Origin: Tubulanus polymorphus
Lineage: Eukaryota > Animalia > Nemertea
DNA: 64,000 bases
Direction: 5' to 3'
Assembly (NCBI RefSeq): GCF_964204645.1
Contig: NW_027437461.1
Location: 31,001 to 95,000, forward strand
A model generated the notes under the pieces. That model searched no databases. It was not told the origin of the DNA and was given only the letters and a program-made list of their open reading frames with translations. The position numbers and the translations under genes were made by a program. This document shows positions 36,801-51,800 of the stretch, piece by piece. The first letter of the stretch is position 1, and each line of letters opens with the position of its first letter.

Positions 36801-39800
36801 ATCTCTACACACATCAAAATCACACTCGAATTACAAGCGTTGACTTACGAGAAACGATCGAAATCTAGCAATTTGATTGGGAAAATAGCAGCATGATAGT
36901 TGAAAAAATTTGATAAACCACCTCCGACTGTCTAATCATTTAAAAGCTTTGCCTTCACATGGAACTATTTCCGCCTTATCACAGGTGCACTCTGTCGCCG
37001 TGATTCGCCCATTCAACGATAAAAACTTTCCCACGGTCTTACTATCGGCATTTTCTAATAATTTAAGGAAATATTTTTAAAAAGCGAAATTTCACAACCT
37101 GCATTAATATTTATACGTTTGACAAATGTTCCTCTGAACTCCCACCAACAAGTTATAAGTGGTGACACTAAAATGACATCATCGACTCACTACTATCTTA
37201 TAACCTTCATTACCACGTCATGAAGGTAAAAATGAATTTTTGGGGGAATAAAAATCAGTACCTTTTAGCCAAAAACTTTGCTTTCTCTTGGTCAAAATGT
37301 TAATAGTTTGGGCCTGGAATAAGAGCCGCTTTTTGAATGAGATGCCATATTGGTTTCTCCGATTCCGCAGTTGTGCTAACTACCATCTAAAACCGTCTTA
37401 AAGAGCACTCCTTACTACGGAGCAATCCGATGTGACGCCCGCGATTGAGGTGATTAAAGCATGGCTCCCACGCTTAAGACAAAATAAAATTCACTACTTT
37501 TTCACAAGTTCTTCACTGAAAAACTTTCCATTATCACAAATGATTTCCAGGATACTAGTAGTAGTAGCAGTAGTATCCGTTTTGGTACTCAGGTCTACGT
37601 AGACCTTGACCTCTTCTCGCGTGAAGTTAATACTACAGCGTAGGTTGGTGCGCAGTTTTTAATAAATTTGTAATACGATGCTCCCTCCGCTTGCTATTTC
37701 GTTTCCACTAATGTTTGTTGCAACAATGTAATAAAAGTTTCAAAAATACACGTAACATATGATCAGAGTTAATCTTTATAAGAATACAGCTTCGGATGCG
37801 TACTCCAATGTCTGTCAAGCCTGACCTAGCTGATACTGTAACAACTTGGCTCGGCTTTTATTAACAACAAGTCAAACTAAACTTAGTAACTTTCAGTGCT
37901 TCATTTATTTGATGTAGCCTACAGCAATTTACCTCAGAAGCTGATCATATATAGTATAAACCCTACCTTTTAAAACATGAATCCACTTGACACATGATAA
38001 AAAAACAGTGAAAAATGAAATCAGGCGGCTCCACCAATCGACCTTGAGATCGGGGGATAGATGGCGCCACAGCACGGTAACAATTAATTTAGGTGTAATA
38101 AAGTAATTTTGAATTGAATTTGTTAATGTGATGTTATTAAGTTCATCGTATACGGAACATTTGTTTTGTTCTATACATCGGAAACTATGACAATTGCAAA
38201 ATAAAACAACCTCTTCTCAAATTCCCTGTCTTTTCATGGATTTTACAGATTTTTGGCAAATTCACAAGTTTTTCACAACTGTGAAATTGGTATCCTAAAT
38301 TCACAAGTTTTTCACGTTTTGATGGTAGTGTGGGAGCCATGTTAAAGCGATTTAGGGGTTTTACACTGATCTCAAGAATAAAGAAAATGTTGGAAAAGGT
38401 TGGAAATCCGTCTATGGTCGGAAGATTTTCATCCCTGTAAAGTGCTGTCCAAACACTAAATGGTTTGGCGATTGGCGGGTTTTTTCTTTATCAATAGATG
38501 TAAACTTTTGAAATGATGATGGTCCAATGGCTCTGTGGCTCACCATCAAATCATTGAGTGTATATTGTCAAAAATATTATACTAACTATAAATTAATTTG
38601 GATTGCAATCGAATGTAGAATAGATTACTGAAATAAAGCCATCAACTGACGATATGTTGAACTCTTCAGTCAACAATCTTTTATTCTAAATAAGCTGAGA
38701 GCATTCCACTGCCTGCTATTGTCTACAAACTTTTAGTCCATTATTAATCTATCACCGCTCACAATTCTACCTAAAAACGTACTAAAATTGAATAGCCGCG
38801 GTTAAACCGTACGGGTTAGCAGGTCTTTAAGGCATTGACAAGACTAATCTAAGCCAAAACTCCATTGGTATCGCCATACTTGCTAGTTTGGATAATGAAT
38901 TGAATAGCCTACTTGGTTATATTCGTAACACCGAACAAATTATAAGCGAACATACAATACCTAGTCAAATGAAATGCTCCGATCGCCATTTTGTTTTGGG
39001 TTCCAATGGGCTTTCCCAATTACATCAGAAAATCCCGGAATTTCCCGTAAATCCAATGAACAGCCAATCACATTCAATGTAGCTCAGGTAACAAGGTCAA
39101 CTCAGATAAGCGAGAGAATTTAGGGGGTTTATAAAGTGAGGGCCTGTAGGTCAAAAAGCACATCCAGATGAGTCGTACAAAAAACGGCAACACTTCCAGG
39201 AAGGATTGAACTTTTATATATTTCAATTCCAAGTATGCAAATTCTCATACGTGAAAATGTGCCTTTAGTTAGTGCTAAAAAGCAGGGTTTTTATGTGTTT
39301 TTCAAGAATAAGTCCCCTAAAAATAACTCGATCACTATGAAATTTTTGTGGGCTTGAGAACTCATTAAGCCAAACTATTACACCAAAAATCAACACTATT
39401 GGTTCAACAGCCAATGTTTGTGCCTTGTTGACACACCGGTACTCTATTCATATACCAGATAGTTACCCAATTACTAAGTACTGGTGCTATGGTGTAATAT
39501 AAAAAATTTACTATCCTCTTTTCAACTCTCACAATTTTTCTTAACTCCCAAAAAGCACCATCTATGCCTCTTCTCGCTAATGGAGCGGAAACGTCAAAAC
39601 TGGGGCTTTGAACCAAATTGTGTCTAGGGTACATACATTCATAAACCATACATCAGGACAAACCATTATACCTAAATTCTGTCTAGCAATAGCCCTATGG
39701 GAGTGCAGTCCCCAATGGTAAAACTAGGGGTCCAGGGACACCATGCCCACTTGGTATAAGTGGTTTCAAATGCTCAACAATCTAACATTTTCAATATTCA

Positions 39801-42800
39801 ACACCCCCTGGTGACCATATACAAAAACCAATGACCTTGAAACTCACCACAATCATAAAACATGTCGGCAGCTATGATTTTGCAATTGATTGTGATAACA
39901 AAATATGCCATGTTACCAATTTAATATGGAAATACTAAGTTATTCTACTATTCAACGCCCCCTGGTGACCATATTCAAAACCCAATAACCTTGTAACTCA
40001 CCATATTTATAGAACATATCATGAACTACAACTTTGCAATTGATCATGGTAACAAAATATGCCTAGGTACCAATATAATAAGGAAATACTAGGTTATTCT
40101 ACTATTCAACGCCCCCTGGTGACCATATAGAAAAACTTATTTCCTTTAAACTCACCACAATCATAGACGATGTCATGAGCTACAACTTTGCAATTGATTG
40201 TGGTAACAAAATATGTATTGGTACAAATATAATATAGAAATACTAAGATATTGTATTATTCAATGCCCCCTGGTGGCCATATACAAAAACCAATGAATTT
40301 GAAACTCACCACAATCATAGAACATGTTATAAGCTACAACTTTCTAATTCATTGTTGTTACAAAATATACTTAGGTATCAATATAATGTCGAAAAACTTT
40401 TTCCCACCTACGAATGAGTACTAATGACACCAAGATGGCCCCCAATTGCGTCATAATTGGCTGATCAAAAATACCTGTCTCAGGTATGAAACATCCCTTT
40501 CCAAAGAATACCCATCAGCAATTGCAATGAGAAATGGGAAACCAGTAGGAAGCTACAGGACTCAGAATTCGGGCCAAAATTAACAATTTGGGCACTTAAG
40601 AGGTCCTAGGACGACCATCTTGATTCCGATCGACCCAATTTTTGTTATGCTGATAACTATCAAATATCAAATATATCCAAAAGATCAAGGTAATTGATCA
40701 AGTGTAAAAAGTGCTGATTTTGGCGAACAACAATGGCTGCCAGTCGGCCATCTTGATTCTGACAGGGCCAGTTTTTGGGTTGAAGATGTGTCTAGGGTAG
40801 ATACATGTATGAACCAAATATCAAGACATTACCTTGAAGCGTCTTCAAAACTTCCCAAAATAACTGGATTCCGTCTACTGATGGACAGATGAACGGACGG
40901 ACGAAAAGTGAACGCAATAGCCCGCTGGGACTAAAGTCCAAAGTGGACTAAAAACGTGTATGCAGTGCCGATTTCTGTGAACATTAATAGCTGGCCGCTG
41001 GCCATCGTGATGTTAATTGGGCCTCTTTTTGGTCTGAATATGTGTCTAGGGGAGATACACGTATAAACCTAATATCAAGACAATCTATTGAAACCTCTCT
41101 AAACTTCCCAAAATGACTGGATTCTGTCTACGGAAAGATGAACAGACGAAAGCATGACATTTGAAAAGTGAAATCAATAGCCCACTGTGAATAAATTCCC
41201 AAGTGGGCAAATAACGGCTTACAACCATGTCTGAATTTTTGTCAATATAAGCTTTGAAATGTCAAAAAATAACTTACCAAGTACATCACAAAATTCCATA
41301 AATGATTCACATGGAAGAATCTCTTCCTCATAAGTCCGAAGCAGTTTATCAACGTTATCTAACACTGTACGATCATTCTGGCGAATGAATTCAGCCAGAG
41401 CCATTGACCAAGGCATCTCTGGTGTAACAACTACCATCTATAATCAAATACAAATCACATCTATCACATCTGACCATTTAAACAGGTGTTTTGGCATCAT
41501 AGAGCCAATTCTGAACTAGACATGGACATCCCCCACTTCCTAAATCCAGGCCCAGATTCAACATTGCTTTATGTTAACAAGAAGTTAGATGTCAATTTTG
41601 AAAACAGTGCTATGGTCATTTTCATAGTAGTTGAGAGTCTTTACAACTGTTTGCAATTAAATCATTGAATCTGTTGTTTCTGCGTATACATTGAATGCCG
41701 CGCGCCTGTAGTCTAGTATTAGACTGCTGTGTATTGATTATTAACACAGCGCGGCTATATAAAATGCTGTACAATTATACACGCGCGCGCTTTTCTTTGT
41801 CATTTGATTTTTAATATCAGTCATTTCCAAACTATAAGAAACTATTTTATCAACATTCTAAATTATAATTAGTATACGAGTGTAGCCTAACATAAATTAA
41901 TATCCATTTCATCATGGCAACCTTGAACTCTTAAACATCGGCAGTTTAAACGATATTGAAAGTGTATTCGGTGTATAAGTCAAAAACTCGACTTATACCC
42001 CGGAAAATATGGTATGTCTGTCTCGTTGATATCAATGTTCTTGGTCCAGCGGGAATAATCTAAGTTGTTTAGTTGGAAAACTATTCATTTTGCACGTACT
42101 ATACTAACATATTACTATAATGTAAGCTTTCAATTTTGCCTCTAAGGAATTGGAGAATGGATAATGCTGAAATGCATGATTTGTATGAATATGAGTATTG
42201 TTTAACAGTGATAAAGTCTTTCATCTAGAAACCAGAGATTTTTAATTTGCTCCATTTCCTACGGCTACCCTTTGAATCAGTAACATATCAAAAAACTAGA
42301 TTTACCTTAAAAATATGTGTCCTGAATCCATCTATAAGCCCAAAGAATGCTAATCCTGACTTGTAAACTTCATAATGACGGACATTCTTATCAAACAAGC
42401 TTTGAAAATAAATTTAAAAAATACAGCATTCCACAGTAGAAGATACAGTCCTATGAATAAAGAATGTTGAATTCATTAGCTCATTGCATGAAAAAGCTGG
42501 GTGTCAAATCATTGGGGTTATACAACTGGTATGATAAAATGCCATTAGTTAAAACTACATAGCCAGGAAATGAATATATATTGCTCTGATGTTCAAAAGT
42601 AGAGGTCCAGGGACACTATGCCCATTCGAGTGTAATGCATGACAATCTGTCAATTTGAATATTCAACAACCGACGGCAAAAAAATACAGTCACACATTAT
42701 CTTGAAACTCACCCCATTCATAGACCATGTCATGAGCTACAACATTGCAATTCATTGCCATAACGAAATATCGATAGGTACCAATAAAAATAGAAATTTG

Positions 42801-45800
42801 CATATAATTCAATATTCAACTCCCCTTGGTGGTAAACCCAGTTCCACGTGAGATGAATCCTATAGCAGTGTGGTGACAAATATCAAATTTCAAGACTGTA
42901 AGCCAAGTCCTGTTGATATTTTCCTCAAAAAACCCTTTTTCTATATATGAATGGGGACTGATGATGACACTAAGATGGCCACCAACTCTGTGACAATTGA
43001 CAACTGATCAAAATAAACTTCTGATACGTTTAAGATGCCTTCCCAAAGTATGCCAAAATTCATTTGTGAGCACAAAACAGGTCATTTTGCGCCTAATTGG
43101 CTCAATCTTTCTTGGTTTGATGGATATACCAACATATCTAAACGACCAAGACAATTGGTTGAAGTGTCTTCAAAATTTTCCTTGTAAACATCAAAAAAGG
43201 ACTGTGGTTCCAGTAGGATCAACGGAGTACAAAATTCTTTTGAGCACAAAAATTGAATTGTTCTGGGATTTGCAATAACGTATAAAGATGAAATCTGGGT
43301 GCACAACACCACCGTAGTTAACAGGTTTAACTATGATGATATACAATGTACATGGTACATTTTCCCCATAACTCACTAGTAAATACGAGAACGATCAATA
43401 CCATTGGCGATCAATCCAAATTTAGAAAATATTGGCAGAAACCATAGGAAAGGGTACAGTACTCGACGGAAAAACTATGTTTGTTCTATAGACATTGAAC
43501 TTGGATGCTTAAGAGCTCTCCCAGTGATGTCATTATCAAGAAGCATCAATTCAAGCAAAAATAAGTAGAAAGGGAAAAGATTCATTGAAATTTTGCTCAT
43601 TTTCTGATCTGAGTAAATCTGAATGTATTAAGAGCTGATGAGCGAAACTCTGAATGTTACTTGTAACCTTTATTTCCCTCCTAATGACAAAATATCAGTT
43701 GTGTATATCCAGTAGTTACAACTTGTGCCACCAGAGCTAACAGAAATTTACTCTCTGGACATTCTATAAGGAATCCACAAGTTTGATATGTAAAATGGGC
43801 GGATTTTGGCAAACAAAAATGGCCACCAGTCGGCCATCTTGAATCTGACCAGGCTAGTTTTTGGGCTGCAGATGTGCCCAGGGTAGATTCATAAACCAAC
43901 CATCAAAACAATCTATTGAAGCATCTTCAAATCTTCCCAAGATAACAGGACTCCATCTACAGACAGATTGAACAGATGAAAAGCGAACGCGATAGCATGC
44001 TGGGACTGAAGTCACACATGGGCTAAAAATTCACTGAGAGACACTGGTGTTTGCTTGATGTTAGTTCTGATTTCGGGATGTTTTTATAGGACTGAACGTA
44101 AAGGGGTAAAATGTAATCCATAACTCTGGTTCCCAAAATGCAGGATGTTAACCCATTGAGCAGAGTATAAGGGCAAGGACACCCGCCGAAAACAGAAAGG
44201 AATGAAATGTTTCCCTTACGTTTGACCAGCAACAGTTGAGCTTCGTGCTTGAGCCATAACAAGTAAGCGTTTGAGAAAGTTCAGACGTAACTCAATCCAA
44301 CGTTCTTGTGGCAACACAAGCATTGCCATACAACACCAGTACAACGGGGAGTCAACCTCAAATGAATTCTCAACATATTTTGTGATTGGTTGATCAAGAA
44401 ATACAGTAATGTTCTTTTCTTCTTGACTAATTGACCGAGTTCTGAAAAACAGTGCAATAACAGCATTTTACACTTTGGACTCTAGAATACAATATACCAT
44501 ATTATGGCTGCCCATAATACCTACGTGTTCATAACATAAAGAGCCATATGCATTAGATAAGGTGCAAGATGCATATTACTCTGCCTGCCACCACCACCGC
44601 TTTCATCACTGAATGACTTCTCACATGCAAATCTTTGTAATAACAGCTTCAGGTCATGAACAGTGAAAGTGTATGTTGAGTTGTGAACAGCTGTACATTC
44701 TTGTAGGTATGTATTGTGACGCGCTAGACAGTTCGCAAATGCTGACTCAGACACCAGCGGTCCCCATAATGGCAGCAGACCATTACACTTGGTATTAGCA
44801 TTTTGCAATGCAGCACTTTCCCATTCCTCACGACCTCGGGCATGTCTGAAAGAAATTCCATATAGACTACCCATCATCATACAAAAAAGAACATAACAAT
44901 CAAGTATTATCCCCATCATAAAAATTCACAAATACAATTCTACAACAGATGTCCAGGGCATTTCTATACATCAGTTAATTGCTGAAACACAAAAAGTACC
45001 TTTAAAATCATTGCTGTGATGGTCAGTAGCAATTTTTCATGAATTTTTTTTGTTTTTGAACACTTGACACCAATGAATCATGTATTTCATTTAATTTTTT
45101 TACATTTCTTGGTTTTAGAGATAGCCGCTGACCTCGGCTCATACCAATAATTGCTTATTGGATACTTGATGTCATACTGCATCAAATTACACATTTTTGC
45201 CTTAGAGAGTGCTCTCGAGGTCCTGTTTATTTTTCAATATTGCTACTCTTAAGTTGGTTCATTTAAAGAAGTGCTCATGGCCAGCCTACCTCTTTTTTTT
45301 CATGAAAATAATGCAAATTTATGCAATATCTACCATATGTATAATCTACGCAGCGTAATCTATTCGTCAACTAACATGGACGGTGGTTGGCAAGAACAAA
45401 TACTTCAGATTGATATGTTTACCCTATGATTTTCTATGAATGCTGAATCAAATTCAATTCGCTGATCTGTTTCAAGATCTAACTTAACTTATATGACTAT
45501 TAATAAATAAGTGGCATTGTAGCATATAATGTGGGATTTTGGGGCCATTGCAAATTTCATGCATAAACTGTCAGGGTGGAAAAATTCATGAAGATACATA
45601 AAGTAACCACAGAGTTAATTCATGATATGAACAGCAGAAAAAAATCCAATAAAGGACCAGTAAACTGCATTTAATTTTTGAGCACTTGATTTGTTCTGGG
45701 ATTTACAATAAATGTAAGGATGAAACTTGGCATGCTGTTCAACTCTGATGATATATATGGTTATGGGTTTTCCCTCACTAGCACGTGAGAGAATAATCAA

Positions 45801-48800
45801 TTCTATGTACTACATGAATGTTCTTGATAACTTCAGTAAAGGGCTTTCCCAGTGATGTCATTAGCAAAACACAGCAGTATGTAGTAATGCACAGTCCACA
45901 AAAACTATCCTTATATCATTTACAAAAAGTAAAACAATCAATATCAAAGGAAATGGCACTCTTTGCGTAAAAGTAACGCCAAAAATCTGTATTTCTTTCA
46001 AATGGCAAAGTAGAAATAGGTGACAATTGGAACTATTTAATTACGCGCATTGAAACATACACACCCTTTTAAGCGGAGTGACTAGTACCTACAAAAGGGA
46101 GCATTTATTGATTACTAGAAAAGGGATTAAGCCACTTAACTTGTTGAACCAAATGGTTGTTGCGAATAAAACTAGTCCCTTCCGCTACTATGGCACTTAC
46201 GATCCCATAAGGCTCTTTTGAGCCTAAAAATTGCTTGTCCTTTGTAGTGTCTAGAGCACTTACAAAGAATTCAAATGTCCTCAATGATGGCCATATTGGA
46301 AGACACATTGTTTTTCAATAGGTGTATTCAGGACCAACCCAATTACACCTACGAGAAAATGCATGCAGATATTCAAGATCTGTGAAGCTGATTTTCAATA
46401 GGAGTAATCCATGGACAAACCCTATAACACATACCAAGTTTAAAAGAAATTACACATTATTTGATGTGTGTAGAGCGCTAACAAGGAATTCAAAATGTCC
46501 ACTACACGAGAAAGCTATACTTGTTTGATAAGTGTCATGCATGGAACTCTTGGGGGACTTGTATGTTTGACATAAGTTTTAACTGGACTCTTCAAGTCTC
46601 CCCTGCTTAATATGAAAATATTTCATTTAACTTCATTTTTATATTGTATAATGATATATTGTAATATTTAGTGGAAATAAAATATATCATATATATATAA
46701 TATTATAACTAGCACATCATAGCTACCAACTTTCAAGAAAATTGCATGTTATTTGAATTGTGTAGAGCGCTATCGAGGGAATAGCACACGCTGAGTAAAT
46801 AGAAGTCACGCCGCCCTACCAGGGTTACCTAAATATTGATTGACAGACACACCGATGTTTTACCGTTCCAAAATAAATAATAGAACTTTGCAACTTGCTG
46901 AATTAAAGTGAAATAAATAGGTCTGAATTTATAATAACACTACATCGATTTCAATATCTTTTTACCTGACAGCAGCTAGATGGCAATCGATATGAACTAA
47001 GTTGAAGTGAGACACTGTACTGTAACCTTGGGTTTTCCGAGGTTTGTTTTCATAGTCTTCAACATTTACACGTTTTGTAAATGTATAAATACCAAGTACT
47101 TTATTAGGCTGATTACGGTAACCTTCACGGCAAATACAACATGTCAGTCCGGTTTCTTCCTTCAAATCTTCCATCTGGTTAAGTAAGGAACTTTTCACTG
47201 TAACTTGTCCACGCTCATTTGTCTTAAAAGAATTTCAAAACATTGTTTCATAAGACAAGCTGAAAGGTAAAAGTGGCAGAAAAAGGTAGCGCATAATGTC
47301 TACAACTGTGAAACAGCATATAAAGTGTATTTGTTCGATATACTATACACGGTCACATGCATATCTCTATCTCAACAAATAACTTACAGTCATCCCAAGA
47401 GCGCCAAGGTGTTTTTGTCTCATGGCCATAGCGAGTCTCTTTTTCTCAGCTTTAGTTTGTTGACGGATTTCTTCCACCTAAAATAAGAAGCTTATCCTGT
47501 AAAAAGTTCTACGTGCAGATCAAAGCGATGAGTATCAAATGAATTGGCAGAATAACTTTTTAAAGAAAGCAGCCTCCAAGTAAAAAAAACTTACCTTGGC
47601 AGACACAAGAGCATTTCCTTTCAGTGCTTCCATAAGGTTTTCAGCAAGTGAACCAATCCTTTCATCAGATGCAACTTGTTCTTGTTTATGAAGAATCGAA
47701 ATACAGTCGATCAGTAACAACTGAAAATGTTATGTATACAAAAACCTGACACATACTATAGTCAACTCAGTTTTTTAAATCATAGTTTGTAAGAAACATA
47801 CATGTATTTTAAGTTATAACATCTAATTAACAATTTCAAGTAATGATTGAATCAATGAGAAGTTGTTTTTGGTTCATTTCTGAGATATTTATTTCTATAA
47901 TATTCTATCCTGCAAATATTGCTCTTAAATTTCAAAATCATCTAGTAATGTCTAATCGCTAGAATGAGGGTGTGCCCCCTCTATCAAGGAAATAAGTTTA
48001 AACTTAATCAACTAACATATTGATGATGTCCTTTCAAGTCCTTGTCCTTTAAAAATATTTTCTGAGATATGATCCTTAAAAACTCAGACCGGCTTTTACA
48101 CAGAGTACATGAAGAATCTATGAATCCTAAGTTTCTCATCCAACCCTCTTTTCTAGACATGACGAGGGCAGGCGCGTATTTTTGGTTATGAGCTTTTTTA
48201 AAATAAAAGATGAAATAAACTTGTATTTTCATATTTTTTAAGGAGATGAGGGCGGTCTAATACTTATATGAGACGAGGGCAGGAGTTTTTCTGAGTCTCG
48301 ATCCATAGAAGGTTAAGTGGGCCGAACCAAGACATGGTCCTTTGCTTATTTTCTCCATCTAAAACATCTAAACTACGTAAACAATTTCAAATAAATGTAG
48401 TCTAAAATGATATATAATCACCAGGATGCCCAATTATTTTGTGAATGGTTTTTGGGGCTTATTGATTTGATGACAAACAAGGTATAAACTTTGAAGGGCC
48501 TTATTATTAGTGTATATACAGTGCCAGTATCCACTATATGTGATCAAAGACACAATGTATCTACTGGACCCAGTTCCACAGTTGTGAGTTAGAGTTAACT
48601 CTGAGTTAAAGTTAGTTCATTTTCAATGTTTTTACCCAGGGTCAAATCTTAACTCAAAACTGTGGAACTGGACCCTGGACTTTAAACAAACGAATGTGTT
48701 TTTAGTCGTCATCTGAAGATCTGACGCTCTAACAGAGAGAGGGGGAGCTTATTCCACAAACGTGGAGCAGAACTTTTACCTGAGTCGACTTATACTTGAG

Positions 48801-51800
48801 TATATACCTTATTGGTCAAACAAATAACCAGTCTTATTGGACAACTGAATGTTATTGCTTCCTGCTCCTGTCCATACACTATGAACTATCCACATACCTG
48901 AGTTTTTTCATGCCCTGTACATAGCCCTGTGAGCAGTCGTAAAACATAGCGTAAAGATGGCTTTGATACAAACTCTTTCCAGTCCTCCGAGTCAGTTCTA
49001 CAAAAGTCAGATATTAAGGAACCAGACTATAAATTGATCATTATATTGAGTCAGCACTTATTCATCATTGAATAAAGTCTTTAATTGAACACATGCTACC
49101 GTAAACTATTTGTAAAACTTACGCAAGAAGTGTCTTGATTGGTGGTGCATGACTAGTGAGATAATCAACAGCAGATTTCATGACATTATGAGCAATCATC
49201 ATATCCTTTAGTTTTGTCCCATTGGCATTACACTGTAAAAACAAAACAACAATAAAATACAAATTTCATCAAATCACAAAATTCTTGAAAATTTGTATAT
49301 ATAATTTGTTTTGATTTATCATACTTCAATGCCAGCAGCAATAACACAAAAACATTCGAGATGGATCTCTTCATCAGGTGTATGGTCAAAATCAAACCTA
49401 TCAAAAAATCAGACCTGTTATAACAATTTTTGAACAGCTTTTTTGGAAAGAGGACATCCATATCAATTTACCATCCTATGGTGACCATTTAGCACTTTCT
49501 ATGTTTATGAATGGTAACTCATTGTTGTTATGAATATCACAAGAAGTTTATGTGTGTATATGCACAAAAAAGATACATTACTTGTTAAAATCTAAGTATG
49601 GCATGAAATGTGTTATAAGCGTCAACATTTTCTGTTCATCCCCAAATGCCAAGAATGGGATCAATCTCATCAGGCCTTGTAAAACACTACTGTTAGCTCG
49701 TATAAATGGACTGTTGATACGATCCAATAACATCATCAGCTGATTCTTATCACCTCCAAGCTTTGAAAATTTCTGCAATTGTATTCAAACAACAAATTGT
49801 TGATAAAATTATGAGGATTATGATTCTTCATACATGTTCGTGTAAAATCTGAAGCACAACTTTCAATACCTTATCATAGCAATGATTACGAAAGAAAGAA
49901 ATCGATCATTCATGACCTCTAAAATAAACTAAGGTTTGTTGTACTAACCCTATACTCATCAGGTGGAGCATTACTTGCTTCAAGGAGAATCACTTCTATA
50001 ATGTGCAAAATCTGTTCAGTCAACGTTTGCCCCTTAGTCACAACGCTGCTTTCTTGTTCAGCCAATAGAGCCTGCAAATACATGAATAAAAATATACATT
50101 CTAAATTTTCCCTTCAATCCTAAACCTTCAAGTTTCTGTAACCGGCTGGTTGTTGTATTGGCAGGCTGGCTGGGGAACTAGCATTTCCACCAGCAGTACC
50201 ATATATGTACAATCTTTATTGCATCCCGGAATGAGAATGATAATCATAACTTTACTTAGTCTTCATATACATAATGTGAGAACTAGGTGTCAGACAAGTT
50301 GTAGACATCAGGACTCACTACCTAACACATAGTGACATGTAGTGACATGTTTGAGAGACATTAATTAATCATTGATGAGCAATGACTATAGCTAATTACT
50401 GTGAAAACATATTGCGTCATGTCACATGTTGATTACGACTTAAAAGCACATATTGACACTATAGTCATGAGTTACATTAATAATATTATTATTATTAGAC
50501 AGTATTATTAACACAGTATAATTGTTGCGTTTATTACCGGACTCATTGGATTGAACTTCAAAACTAAATTTACGATATTTAGGAGGGTTGTTATTCAATA
50601 AGCCTACGACCAATCTGTCCGGATGTTAGGCCTATGCATTAACATAGGCCTACATAGGTTGGTAGCCTCTACTAGGTTAAAGCTAAGTTCACTGTAAATG
50701 AGGAATCAGTTTTATTAAAATGCATGTGTAATTAAATTAGTGATTAACTGGTTCTAACTTGCAACGATCAATCACAATTATCAATTTCATTGGCAAAAAT
50801 GAAGATTTTTTTTTTAAATTTCGTCTGAGCAGACAGCTTTATAAGCCAGACCATTTGAGTTTTTTCATCATAAATGAAACTGGTATTTCATTAATTGCTA
50901 ATGACTTAAGCCGGACGTAGGTCGGCTTTGCGACAGCTTGTGACTCACTGCGACGCCATGCACTGCGACCGCCAGCGACGATTGTGTCGCAACGACTCAT
51001 TGACCTACGCTCCCTTGCGACGGGTTGCGACTGTTAGCAACACCAGTCACAAGGAGTCGCACGTGTTCTACTTTCTGCGACGCGACACGACTGTCACAAC
51101 CGACCTACGCGCTTTTGCGACTGGCAGAAACTATAGTCGCAAACAGTTGCTGACAATCATATCGCAACCGACTTGCACCGAAACTTGCGATGCAACGTAA
51201 TGATCGCTTCGCGTCGCAAGGCCGACCTACGTCCGGCTTTAAGTTACTGCGGAGGACCAGAAATATCATCTTTTTCGTTCAAAAGACCTTTCGCTTGAAC
51301 ATTCTTTCGTCTGAACAAAATTTATTTCGTTCGAACTAATAATATTCTGTTCGATTGAACCAATTTGAAAAAATGGTTAGAACAAAGTTGAACAAACTTT
51401 TTTCTGTCCAAACGAAAGGTTTTTCGTTCGATCAATCGTTCGATCGAACAGGATTGTTTTAATTTGAACAGAATTTTCTTGTCAGATCATTAAGTTTTTC
51501 GTTCCAACAAGTTTATTGTAAAAAGTTTTTTCTCGAATCAAAAGTATTGAGTAGTCCGTTCAATCGAAAAGAATTGTTTTCATTCAAACATTCATTCGAA
51601 AAAAATTGTTTTCGCTCAACCAAATTTTTTGCCGGGACAATAAGTTTTTCATTTCAACAATAACATAGCTTTTTATTCGAACACATTTTTTGTCAGAATG
51701 AAGAAAGGTTTTGGTTCAAACAAAAAGCGTATTGTTCGATCAAACAGAATTGTTTTCATTTAAACAAGATTTTCTTGTCGGAACATTAAGTTTTTGGGTC

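Noticed and set aside
32500-39700. Many 60-80 aa ORFs in the last UBR4 intron
   Set aside because: No recognisable motifs; they overlap repeat fragments and are of chance length.
39796-40390. CRISPR-like array
   Set aside because: Contiguous 154-bp tandem units without unique spacers, in a eukaryotic intron, with no cas genes.
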